Shown: positions 22,658-30,877, counted from the first letter of the stretch. The stretch is 38,920 nucleotides of DNA from Candidatus Hydrothermarchaeota archaeon (GCA_964534545.1 CAZHQS010000002.1:1-38920), one strand, 5' to 3'. Numbers and translations are program-made. The notes: generated by a model not told the origin, from the letters alone.

Positions 22658-24103
22658 TCAGCTGCCCCATCCTCCACTTGAGACCGCTTCGGTTGTAAAG
22701 GCAGCCGAGATAAACATCTCGGTCGCATTGACGGTAGCCTCTCTGTCCTTTCCCGCAATAATAATGGCGGTTTGACCTTCAACGAAGGCATCTTCAATTA
22801 CTTCGATGTCGCCCTCACTTGTATACCAGTCAACCTTTGATTTGCCGGTGCTCACCAACTCGGCAACCAGGCTGTTTGCCACCGGGCCTCCTACGAGCAC
22901 CAGGGTCTTCTCCCCTTTTTCACTCTCAGTGATCTCCTTCTCGGATTTTACAGGGATATGAGGAATGCCATTATACGAACCGGAAGCCCCGATGAGGACG
23001 TCCTTGGTCAGGAAATCATCGTAATCGGCCTTGGTCTTCTTAAGCCAGGTCTCCGGGAGGACATCACCCAAGGTCTTCTCCTTCTCTATGTCGAAGGTCT
23101 TGGCAGTCGAGAGGCTGACCCAGTATTTCGTACCGGAAATCTTTATACTCTCCCCAGGGGAGAGGGTCACTTCGGGCCCAAAGGCCGCGAACCCATTGGG
23201 GACGCCGTAATCATCATTGAATACCTTTATGAACTCATATCCTGCTGTATCTTCTATGCCGTCCGTTAGCTCTATCACATCGGATCTGTTCACAAAGGCG
23301 ATAGTTACGGTGCCGGCGCTGGCGTCCACGGTATCCAGGATCATGTGATGGTCAGGGAAGAGGTCTAAAAACTCTTTCTCTTCGACGAGTTCCGGCAGGT
23401 CGCTCTGGTTGTATGGCAACTCGAAGGACCTGTCCATAGACCCCTTGTCCCTGTCATAGACCCCCAATCGGAGGGAAAGGTTTGCTGTGATACCGAAAAC
23501 CCCTATGCTTTTAGAGGTATGAGGTACTGAGATGAAACTATTTATGTTTGCTGCATTAATGAAGGTCCTCTTGGCCACCTTTCCTATCACAATCTTCTCC
23601 CCTGCCTCTATATCCACTATGCCGTAATAATCCGTTGTCATCGCCTTCTCCTTCCAGTCGTAGTATCTGACGGTGAATATCTCCCCCTTCCGGGCGCTCG
23701 TCTTTTTGTAGCATGGTCTGAGCTTAAGATCCCTGGATTTTTCGGTGAAGTACAGATAACTGTATCTGAACTCGGCCCTCCCGGTGGTACTCTTTTTATA
23801 ATAGCTGCTCTCGTTGATGTTCGACCAGTCAAGACCCGCGAAGTCGTCGGTTAGCCATGTGATCTCAAGTTCAATACCGTCATCAATGGTTACACTTTCT
23901 GTACCGACCTCTTTTATCTTCTCGGCAATAGTGTTAGCACATTTCAGGTCTTCCGGCACGATGCCGTGGGTGTTTATTCCGACAACGACTGTTGTTCTCC
24001 CCTCCCCGTCCTGGGAGAAGATGCTCTTATCGAAGGTCAGCTCCTCTGCATGGACAAGACCTAGGGATAGCAACGCCACCAGTATCAAGGGGAGGGCCTT
24101 CAT
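22658..24103 (-). CDS. Secreted archaeal S-layer-like protein
   Basis: Signal peptide MKALPLILVALLSLGLVHA. N-terminal TVVVGINTHGIVPEDLKCANTIAEKI and C-terminal LVLVGGPVANSLVAELV motifs resemble the methanococcal-type S-layer family. The RBS AAAGGAGG lies in the end of the upstream gene. Confidence 0.65.
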   Translation of the reverse strand: MKALPLILVALLSLGLVHAEELTFDKSIFSQDGEGRTTVVVGINTHGIVPEDLKCANTIAEKIKEVGTESVTIDDGIELEITWLTDDFAGLDWSNINESSYYKKSTTGRAEFRYSYLYFTEKSRDLKLRPCYKKTSARKGEIFTVRYYDWKEKAMTTDYYGIVDIEAGEKIVIGKVAKRTFINAANINSFISVPHTSKSIGVFGITANLSLRLGVYDRDKGSMDRSFELPYNQSDLPELVEEKEFLDLFPDHHMILDTVDASAGTVTIAFVNRSDVIELTDGIEDTAGYEFIKVFNDDYGVPNGFAAFGPEVTLSPGESIKISGTKYWVSLSTAKTFDIEKEKTLGDVLPETWLKKTKADYDDFLTKDVLIGASGSYNGIPHIPVKSEKEITESEKGEKTLVLVGGPVANSLVAELVSTGKSKVDWYTSEGDIEVIEDAFVEGQTAIIIAGKDREATVNATEMFISAAFTTEAVSSGGWGS

Positions 24104-24104
24104 C

Positions 24105-25178
24105 TCAGTCTGCCTCCTTTTGGTAAAACCCCCGCATTGCCGGGATCGTGGTGGCTATGGAATAGACGCTTCCCCCACAACCTGCAACCTCATCTTCGCT
24201 GGAGAGAACCGCTGGCTCAGGCTCCCAATTTTCGCCCTTTTTGACTGCTACGACTCCTGCTACGACTCCTCCCTTCAAGAGATATTCAAGGAGGGCGGTC
24301 ACGGCACCCCCGTCCTGGGTTTCGTATTCCTTCTTGACCCTTCGGACAGCGAGGACTTCCAGATATCTCCCGATCCCGTTTTCATACTCTCCGTCCAGGG
24401 ACTTTTCGACTGTCCTGGCAGGCATGGCAGTCCTTGGGCAATTCAGGTAACAGTCATTGCAATCTTCCTCACACTCGGCGGTGGGCACCCCATCTTCCAT
24501 TTTCAAGTATCCCTTCGTACAGACCAGCTCACAGGTGCCGCAGGAGGTACAGAGCCAGTTCTCGATCACATCCGATCTAAGGTCCTGGTATTTCTTGCCG
24601 GTTGCTCTTTTTTTGACCACTTCTATGGTTATCTCGTGCTCGATATGATGTTGTTGAGAACCGTAGCTTTTTCTCCGGCTCACCTCAGCGAGAGCCCTTT
24701 CCCTTTTTTTCCCGGCTATCTTTTTAATATCGTCAATTCCACTCACTGGTTTCGTCTCGAGGACACCTTCTTCCTCTGCCGTATTTATGATGTCCAGGGC
24801 CTTTTTCGACCTTACGATGACCGTGCTCCAACCATAAGGAGAGCCTGCTGCACCAAAGGATATATCTGCGAGTTCTGCTGCGAAATCAGTGCATACCTGA
24901 CAGGCCCTTGCCGAGTAGCGGCCTGCCTCCTTCATGGGGATACTTGTTTCGCTGGAGTCGTAGGTTACCACCAGACTCCCATTCCTTACATCGAACTTCT
25001 CGATGTCCTTGAGGTCTGTGCCCACCCTCTCTTCTATCATTGCCTGAAAAGACGGGTAGCACCAGTTCTCCTGGCAGAAGAGACCGATTAAAAGACTCTC
25101 ATCTTTTCTCTCCGAAAGTAGATTCATCTTTCTCAAACCCTGGATTTGACAGGGTGTTCCAACAAACGCGATTTCCAT
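24105..25178 (-). CDS. FrhB/FdhB-family (F420-type) flavoprotein with circularly permuted domain order: C domain, 2x Cys cluster, N domain
   Basis: Starts MEIAFVGTPCQIQGLRKM...LIGLFCQENW...CQVCTDFAAELADISFGAAGSPYGWSTVIVRS (FrhB C-half). Then CTSCGTCELVC and CEEDCNDCYLNCP. Then QDGGAVTALLEYLLKGGVVAGVVAV...GSVYS (FrhB N-half). ATG 25178 lies 2 nt after the upstream stop, with GGAGGT in place. Confidence 0.8.
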   Translation of the reverse strand: MEIAFVGTPCQIQGLRKMNLLSERKDESLLIGLFCQENWCYPSFQAMIEERVGTDLKDIEKFDVRNGSLVVTYDSSETSIPMKEAGRYSARACQVCTDFAAELADISFGAAGSPYGWSTVIVRSKKALDIINTAEEEGVLETKPVSGIDDIKKIAGKKRERALAEVSRRKSYGSQQHHIEHEITIEVVKKRATGKKYQDLRSDVIENWLCTSCGTCELVCTKGYLKMEDGVPTAECEEDCNDCYLNCPRTAMPARTVEKSLDGEYENGIGRYLEVLAVRRVKKEYETQDGGAVTALLEYLLKGGVVAGVVAVKKGENWEPEPAVLSSEDEVAGCGGSVYSIATTIPAMRGFYQKEAD

Positions 25179-25180
25179 TC

Positions 25181-25435
25181 TTAAAACCTCCAAAATTCGA
25201 TTACAATGATCAAAAAAGCAAGGGCCAGAAGGGCGAATATCCCGATGCCTCTCCCATGTCTTTTTGCCATCCATAGGAGGAGGGGCACACCACCGATACC
25301 GCAGGCATAGCAGCCCGGGCATGCCCCGGTGCACAGTCTTTGAACGGTCTGGGAGCCATGGGAGAAGATGACCGGGGCTGTCGCCATTGAGAGCCCTACC
25401 AGGAACCCTTTGCCTTTTTCCAACCGGCCGCCCAT
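25181..25435 (-). CDS. Small Cys-rich membrane protein
   Basis: 84 aa with CTGACPGCYAC followed by a C-terminal TM helix (IGIFALLALAFLIIVIEFW). Abuts both neighbouring genes. Confidence 0.6.
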   Translation of the reverse strand: MGGRLEKGKGFLVGLSMATAPVIFSHGSQTVQRLCTGACPGCYACGIGGVPLLLWMAKRHGRGIGIFALLALAFLIIVIEFWRF

Positions 25436-26332
25436 CTACTTCCCCTTCTCGTATGTGATGGCCTTGTTCGGGCATGCGCTGATGCAGTCCATGCACCCAT
25501 TGCAGATGTGGCGGTCGATGGAGATCCTGTCCTCTGATCTTACTGCCCAGGTGGGACAGGACTCCACACAGAACTCTCCGCTGCACCTGCATTTTGCCAT
25601 GTCATGTTTGATCTTGTAGGTGAAAGGCAGCCTTGCCCCAATCCAGTGGGTCAGGTTCTGCAGCGCACCGGCGGGGCAGAGGAAATTGCACCACCCGCGT
25701 CCGCCCTCCAGAACGACACCCAGGACCACAAAGGTCAAAAGGAAGGTTATGATGGAGGAGGACGTAAAGGCAAACATCCCGTAACCCGTTATGCCGTCAA
25801 GATTGCCGAATAGGCCGTTCCAGACATTCTCTATCCAGGTCCAGTTGCAGTAGGCACAGCAGACGCTTTTTTTAATGAAAGGGGCAGCCACGATGAAAAA
25901 TCCTGCAAGGAAACCATATCTTATCGGCACGGGGTCCAGTTTTCCCCTCAGGTTGATCTTGAATCTCGAAGGCACAATCCTTGATAGGTGCTCGGGCATA
26001 CCTCCGGGACAGAGCCAGCCGCAGAAGAGGGGGCCGACGAAGAAGGATATGCCGATCAGGAGGAATATCAGGAGATAGAGGGGATTCCCGATAATCCGCC
26101 CAAAAAACCTCTCCGGGCTGAATACGGCCCATGTGAGGGGCATCCGGAGGCACATGGCCCGGTGCACCGTTGGCTCCGAGTTGATTGCCGCACCCCCGAT
26201 TCCAGAGTCAAGGGCCGCACAGAGCTGCCCAATCCCCACCAATAGAAGGGAGAAGGGTGCGACGAAGAGGACCATGCCCAGAAGGAAGAAAAGGAGCCTC
26301 TTTTTCAGGTGGTCTTTCCTGGCCTTGCTCAT
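25436..26332 (-). CDS. NapH/NosH/MauN-like polytopic membrane ferredoxin
   Basis: FCGWLCPGG and WCNFLCPAGA motifs after TM helices. C-terminal CRCSGEFCVESCP and CNGCMDCISACP. Start MSKARKDHLKKR at 26332 forms an ATGA overlap with the upstream stop. Confidence 0.82.
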   Translation of the reverse strand: MSKARKDHLKKRLLFFLLGMVLFVAPFSLLLVGIGQLCAALDSGIGGAAINSEPTVHRAMCLRMPLTWAVFSPERFFGRIIGNPLYLLIFLLIGISFFVGPLFCGWLCPGGMPEHLSRIVPSRFKINLRGKLDPVPIRYGFLAGFFIVAAPFIKKSVCCAYCNWTWIENVWNGLFGNLDGITGYGMFAFTSSSIITFLLTFVVLGVVLEGGRGWCNFLCPAGALQNLTHWIGARLPFTYKIKHDMAKCRCSGEFCVESCPTWAVRSEDRISIDRHICNGCMDCISACPNKAITYEKGK

Positions 26333-26892
26333 TGAGGCCGACCCCCTTCCCATGACCCCTGACCTCCACTGACTCTTTTATTGATTATCTTTATAGGTAT
26401 GGAGAGGAGGATTTCTCCTGATTTCGCATCGATTACATTGAGGTTCCCGCTGTATATCATGGGTCTTTTCTGCAGTTCTGGTGAGATGTGGAAGGTATGA
26501 TGGACCGATACCGAATCGCCGGGTTTTAGAACCCTCTCGATGGTCCTGGTCTCCAGGTTGAAATCCTTGGTATGGGAGTTGCTCCAGTGGACCTCCAGTC
26601 CTTCTGGCACATTGGTCAGTTCAAATCTAACCATGACCGGTTTCCTGGTGTTGGTGAGCCCGGTTGTGCCTCCAACGGTATCACTTGAAATCAATCTGTG
26701 GAGGAACCCGTCCTCCCCGTACTTCAGGATGATGGGCCTTGCCTTCTCGCCGGGGAACCTGTAAAACTGGTGGTATCCCTCCCCTGCCCGGACGTCCCTG
26801 TGGTAAAAGCCCAGGACGAAGGCAGAGGACAGGCCGATCAAGAACAGAATATAAGTTGATTTTTTCCGGTTCGAATGAACAACATTTGCCAT
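26329..26892 (-). CDS. Signal-anchored beta-rich protein, function unknown
   Basis: 187 aa. N-terminal TM helix (YILFLIGLSSAFVLGF) followed by beta-strand-like sequence. RBS AAGGAG. Confidence 0.65.
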   Translation of the reverse strand: MANVVHSNRKKSTYILFLIGLSSAFVLGFYHRDVRAGEGYHQFYRFPGEKARPIILKYGEDGFLHRLISSDTVGGTTGLTNTRKPVMVRFELTNVPEGLEVHWSNSHTKDFNLETRTIERVLKPGDSVSVHHTFHISPELQKRPMIYSGNLNVIDAKSGEILLSIPIKIINKRVSGGQGSWEGGRPQ

Positions 26893-26974
26893 ATATTACA
26901 CTCCTTTAGATTTAGAGGGCAGGGATGCACCCCGAGATGTGGGGCGTGCCGTACATCTGGCAGAGGACCGTCTT

Positions 26975-27000
26975 AAGAAAAAAGTGGGGGCAATGCCCCC
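26975..27000 (-). terminator. Intrinsic terminator after the C_GCAxxG_C_C gene
   Basis: On the minus strand, GGGGGCATTGCCCCC (26986-27000) is followed by ACTTTTTTCTT. Confidence 0.7.
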
Positions 27001-27010
27001 TTCACCCCTT

Positions 27011-27820
27011 TCAAGTCCCGGGCAGGTCGGGCACGCCTTCATTGTGGCAGTCGCCGCAGTTGTTCTGGGCGGTCATGTCGTGGTTTTTGGCTTGTGACCC
27101 GTGGGCCGGCGAGTAGGTCCCGTCCTTCCAGGCATTCAGGAGCTCCACGGTCTTTGCCGCCACACTGGCTGCACACCGGGCACACCTCTCCTTTCTCTCG
27201 GGACTGAAGAATGCAACATTTTCCTTCTTCATCCATTTACCTACGGAGACGTGGCAGAGGGGGGAGTTGGCTTTATTTGTATACTTGATAGTCACCTTGG
27301 GCTCGTCCGGCATGTAAGTTGGGAGCTCCTCTTTGGAGTACCAATAAATTACATCATTGAATATGGCCTCGCCGTCCTTGCCAGCTATGAGGCCGGTGAC
27401 AATACCGGTCCCGGCCAGGGTCCCGCACAGGGTACCCCAGCCTACTGCCCCGCCATGAAATCCTCTGAAGGCTTCACTGGGGAATGAAGTGTAGGGTTCT
27501 CCGACCTTCTCTGCAAGGGCTTCCATTACCCCGCTTACCACACCATAACTGCAGAAGTCCTTGTACCAGTTCTCGTAGGCGATGTCCGCCGCCCTTTTGG
27601 GATCTATCTTCTCATAGGGCATGGGCCAGGAAAGACCACCTGTCTTGACTTCAACGATCTTTTCCACTTCGACGACCCTCTCCTCGGGTTGAGACAGGCA
27701 CCCGGACAGCATGCCCAGACCCCCCGAGGCCATGGCCATTCCGGCCGTAAATCCAGCCGATCCGAAGAGGAATTCCCTTCTCGTCAGCTTCCCTTCCTCC
27801 GCAGCTTTTTCTTCAACCAT
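27011..27820 (-). CDS. Tat-signal C_GCAxxG_C_C-family redox protein with C-terminal CxxCH
   Basis: Tat signal TRREFLFGSAG...LSGC. FCSYG, GGAVGWGTLCGTLAGTG, PLCHVS, RCARCAAS. C-terminal NNCGDCHNEG. Confidence 0.8.
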   Translation of the reverse strand: MVEEKAAEEGKLTRREFLFGSAGFTAGMAMASGGLGMLSGCLSQPEERVVEVEKIVEVKTGGLSWPMPYEKIDPKRAADIAYENWYKDFCSYGVVSGVMEALAEKVGEPYTSFPSEAFRGFHGGAVGWGTLCGTLAGTGIVTGLIAGKDGEAIFNDVIYWYSKEELPTYMPDEPKVTIKYTNKANSPLCHVSVGKWMKKENVAFFSPERKERCARCAASVAAKTVELLNAWKDGTYSPAHGSQAKNHDMTAQNNCGDCHNEGVPDLPGT

Positions 27821-27828
27821 ATCCTTTT

Positions 27829-27891
27829 ACCTCCATGTTTTGAATTTTAAGGAGGTGAATGTGTGAGAGTTGTGAGACTCATCGCACATCC
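27829..27891 (-). promoter_or_regulatory. Second copy of the conserved leader element (5' UTR of the C_GCAxxG_C_C gene)
   Basis: On the minus-strand RNA, ...UGAGUCUCACAACUCUCACACAUUCACCUCCUU... ACCUCC (27851-27856) is complementary to the SD GGAGGU (27829-27834). Confidence 0.4.
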
Positions 27892-27915
27892 ACGGATTCA
27901 CTGTTAAAAAATGAC

Positions 27916-27945
27916 CAATAAATACCTTACCAGTTGAAAGCGTTC
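27916..27945. repeat. Perfect 30-nt direct repeat, copy 2
   Basis: Identical to 22017..22046. It lies about 95 nt upstream (minus sense) of the 27820 start. Confidence 0.95.
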
Positions 27946-28140
27946 CGCTTGTCAAAATCGGGAAACAAAAAACCAATGAAAATTCAAATAAAGCGTCACA
28001 ACACGTCAATATGTAGAAAAGCTTATAGTAGAATGCTACATTACACAGATTCGTAAATATACACCGGTTCTCCAGATAAAATGGCCGAATCGGCTGCCTT
28101 TATATTGGTGGAAAAGGACTTATGAAAAAAGGAAAAACCA

Positions 28141-29103
28141 TCAAATAGAAAGCTTGACCTTAAAGGTTTTCTTATAAGGTTCACGTTTTATTATCCCTCT
28201 TTCCTCTAAATCGGCAATGATCCGGCTGACCTTGGGCCTGGAGTAGCAGACCTCCTCCGCCCTCCAGATATCCTGCTGGAGGACCTCGCCGCCATGGTCT
28301 TTGATGTAATCCACCACGCATTTCTCATCTGGATTTAGGAAGACCTGGGCAACTTCGCTCTCCCTTTTTCTTTTGGCGATGAAGAAGCCGGAGGTGAAGA
28401 TGCCTGCTATAAAGGCCCCCCCGAGGAGATACCACTTCATCCTGGACTTCTTCTTGGGTATCAGAAGGTCGATATCGAACCTCTCGTTGGCCCTCAGGGA
28501 CCTCTTCCATATGAGAATGAGGCCCTCCTCATCGATGATTATGTCGTCGGGGGGCTGGGTAGCAAAGTTCCCCTCGGGACTGAGGCGGCAGGTGATGCAG
28601 GTGCTGCAATCCTCACAGATGCACAGGCCCCCCTGGCTGCACTGGCAGTCCTCCTCGCAGACGGCCCCATGGCTTTTGAGTTCGGGGAATATCCCCTTGG
28701 GAAGTTCAACCATAAGGGTCAGGGATTCCACGGCCTTGGGGAAGACCAGGGCCTTGTTGAAGAGGAGGAAGTCGTCCAGGGTCTTGACCTCCGTGCCCTC
28801 TATCCTCATGGTGAAGGAATAGGTTTCGCCTTTTTTCAGGCTGTCCTCAAAAAAGACCCTCACCGAATCTCCCCGGGCCTCGGTCCTCAGGGCCTTCCCC
28901 GAGGCCGAGACGGCTTCCAGGGGACCCATGGGCGAGAAGTCCAGGTACTCCAGCCCCTCCTCGGCCGGGGTCAGGGTGATGTCATATTCCTGGTAGTTGT
29001 TCTCCAGGTTGATGTAAACATCTATCCTGTCGAAGGCAAACTCCGCTGCCAAGACATCTCCAGGGATGAGGAGGACCAATACTACCATGAGGAGGGTTTT
29101 CAT
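28141..29103 (-). CDS. Membrane-tethered winged-helix regulator with a Cys-rich ectodomain
   Basis: Start MKTLLMVVLVLLIPGDVLA at 29103 (signal peptide). Ectodomain contains CEEDCQCSQGGLCICEDCSTCITC. TM helix WYLLGGAFIAGIFTSGFFI. C-terminal wHTH VVDYIKDHGGEVLQQDIW...RPKVSRIIADLEERGIIKRE. Confidence 0.7.
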   Translation of the reverse strand: MKTLLMVVLVLLIPGDVLAAEFAFDRIDVYINLENNYQEYDITLTPAEEGLEYLDFSPMGPLEAVSASGKALRTEARGDSVRVFFEDSLKKGETYSFTMRIEGTEVKTLDDFLLFNKALVFPKAVESLTLMVELPKGIFPELKSHGAVCEEDCQCSQGGLCICEDCSTCITCRLSPEGNFATQPPDDIIIDEEGLILIWKRSLRANERFDIDLLIPKKKSRMKWYLLGGAFIAGIFTSGFFIAKRKRESEVAQVFLNPDEKCVVDYIKDHGGEVLQQDIWRAEEVCYSRPKVSRIIADLEERGIIKREPYKKTFKVKLSI

Positions 29104-29209
29104 CCTACCTGGTTCAAGAGCCTTAACCTCATAAATGTGGTAAATTTTGGCGGAAATGGGGTGATATTCTGGTAAATGTATATAATCGGAATCTCCCGAT
29201 TTAATAACT

Positions 29210-29440
29210 ATGAGTAAGGAAAACACCGGAACCCGGAAGGGAGGCCATGGCTTTGGCGATACCCTCAAGGAGGGCAGGAAGAGGCTCAAGATAAAGATGG
29301 CAGACCTGATTTATGTCCTGGACATCCAGAACAAGAACCCCCATGTGGACCGGGTCCTGGCAGACTACGGCCTGGACCGGGACACCCTGAAACGGGTCAA
29401 GGCGGCCCTGGAAAGGGGCAGGTGGAAGGTCCAGGTCTAA
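29210..29440 (+). CDS. Small basic protein (possible HTH), hypothetical
   Basis: 76-aa ORF with host-like codon usage. TGTATATAAT and the ATCGG/CCGAT palindrome lie upstream. Its stop overlaps the hemY stop on the opposite strand. Confidence 0.35.
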   Translation: MSKENTGTRKGGHGFGDTLKEGRKRLKIKMADLIYVLDIQNKNPHVDRVLADYGLDRDTLKRVKAALERGRWKVQV

Positions 29441-30867
29441 CCGCCCTTTTTCAGGTATCTAACTACCTTTTCCCCGGTCTCGGCCGCCACCCTTGAGCAG
29501 TCGTTGATTCCTATGCCGGTGTAGGAGTTGCCTGCCAGGAAGAGGCCGGGATGCTCCTTCAATCTCGCCTCCAGCCTTTCCAGCTTTTCAGAGTGCCCCA
29601 CATTGTACTGGGGGATGGCCTTGCCGTGGCGGGCAATCTTTACCATCTCGGGCTCGGCCTGGACCCCCATGATCTCCCGCAGGTCCTTCTTGACCGCCTC
29701 TATCATGTCCTGGTCCAGGAGGTCGGCGGTCTCGGGACGCCTGGCCCCCCCCACCATACACCTCAGGAGGACCTTGCCTTCGGGGGCCCTGTGGTCGTAC
29801 ATGCTGGAGTCCCAGAGGCATCCCAGGATGGTCCTGCCCTCCTCGTGGGGGACCAGGAAGCCGAAGCCCTCCAGGTCATGGCCGATTTCCTCCTTGGAAT
29901 AGCCCAGGGCCACCACCGCCAGGGGGGGATAGGGGATCTCCTCCAGGATACCTTTGATCTCCTCGTCCAGGCCCGAGAGGACCTCGGCGCAGGCGTAGGC
30001 CGGGGCGGCCATGACCACCACATCAGCCCCCAGGCTCCCGGTGCTGCCCTCTTGGTCCTGGTAATGGACGGTATATCTCCCCTCGGGGCTCATTCCGACC
30101 CGCGTCACCCTCCTGCCGGTGACGATGGCATCGCCGAGTTTCTCCTCCAGGATATCTATGATGAACTGCATTCCCTCCGGGAAGGAGGTCAGGGTGCCTC
30201 CGGGCCCCATGGGACCCCCCTTGGCCCCCGCCTTGCCCTCCTTTCTCATCTGTTTCGCCTTCTTCATCCTCCGGATCATGGCCTTTATGAGGCTGCCGCC
30301 GCCCTCCTGCTCGAGCTGGGCCATGATGGGGAAGGCGCTTTTGAGGCTGAGCCTGTAGGGGTCCCCGGCGAAGACCCCGGAGACCATGGGCCCCACCAGG
30401 TTGCGCAGGGCCTCCCTTCCGATGTGCCTCTCCACGAAGGAGGCCACGGTCTCGTCCCCGGCCTCTGGTGGTTTCGTGAAGGGCTCCCTGAGGACCCTCA
30501 GCCTCCCCTTGAGGGAGAGGACCCCGGATTTGAAAAAGCCCAGGGGGGAACTGGCCAAGAGATGGAGCTTTCCATAGGCATAGATGTACCTCTTCCTGGC
30601 CCTGTCATTGGAGGGCATGAGGCGGTCCCTTATCCCCAGGGCGTCGCAGAGCTCCAGGGTCCAGGGCTTGTTGTCCAGAAAGCCGTTGACCCCCCATTCT
30701 ATGCTGTAACCTTCCGTCTTCTCGGTCCATACCTTGCCCCCCAGCCTCCTGGAACCCTCGAGGACGGTTAGGTCTATATCCAGACCCTCCTTCTCTGCCC
30801 CCTCCATGATCCTGAAGGCCGTGGCCAGGCCTGAGAACCCACCACCCACGACTACGATTTCGGTCAT
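29437..30867 (-). CDS. hemY: Protoporphyrinogen/coproporphyrinogen III oxidase (HemY/CgoX type)
   Basis: FAD-binding fold IVVVGGGFSGLATAF, about 476 aa, C-terminal GNSYTGIGINDC. Adjacent to hemH and hemE. Confidence 0.85.
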   Translation of the reverse strand: MTEIVVVGGGFSGLATAFRIMEGAEKEGLDIDLTVLEGSRRLGGKVWTEKTEGYSIEWGVNGFLDNKPWTLELCDALGIRDRLMPSNDRARKRYIYAYGKLHLLASSPLGFFKSGVLSLKGRLRVLREPFTKPPEAGDETVASFVERHIGREALRNLVGPMVSGVFAGDPYRLSLKSAFPIMAQLEQEGGGSLIKAMIRRMKKAKQMRKEGKAGAKGGPMGPGGTLTSFPEGMQFIIDILEEKLGDAIVTGRRVTRVGMSPEGRYTVHYQDQEGSTGSLGADVVVMAAPAYACAEVLSGLDEEIKGILEEIPYPPLAVVALGYSKEEIGHDLEGFGFLVPHEEGRTILGCLWDSSMYDHRAPEGKVLLRCMVGGARRPETADLLDQDMIEAVKKDLREIMGVQAEPEMVKIARHGKAIPQYNVGHSEKLERLEARLKEHPGLFLAGNSYTGIGINDCSRVAAETGEKVVRYLKKGG

Positions 30868-30877
30868 GTAGTAACCT

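Noticed and set aside
25179-25592. A 138-aa N-terminal extension of the FrhB-like ORF in the track (24105..25592).
   Set aside because: It overlaps the 84-aa Cys-rich gene and the end of the NapH-like gene in another frame. Its sequence is Arg/His/Pro-rich nonsense. A well-placed GGAGGT-ATG at 25178 starts exactly at the conserved domain.
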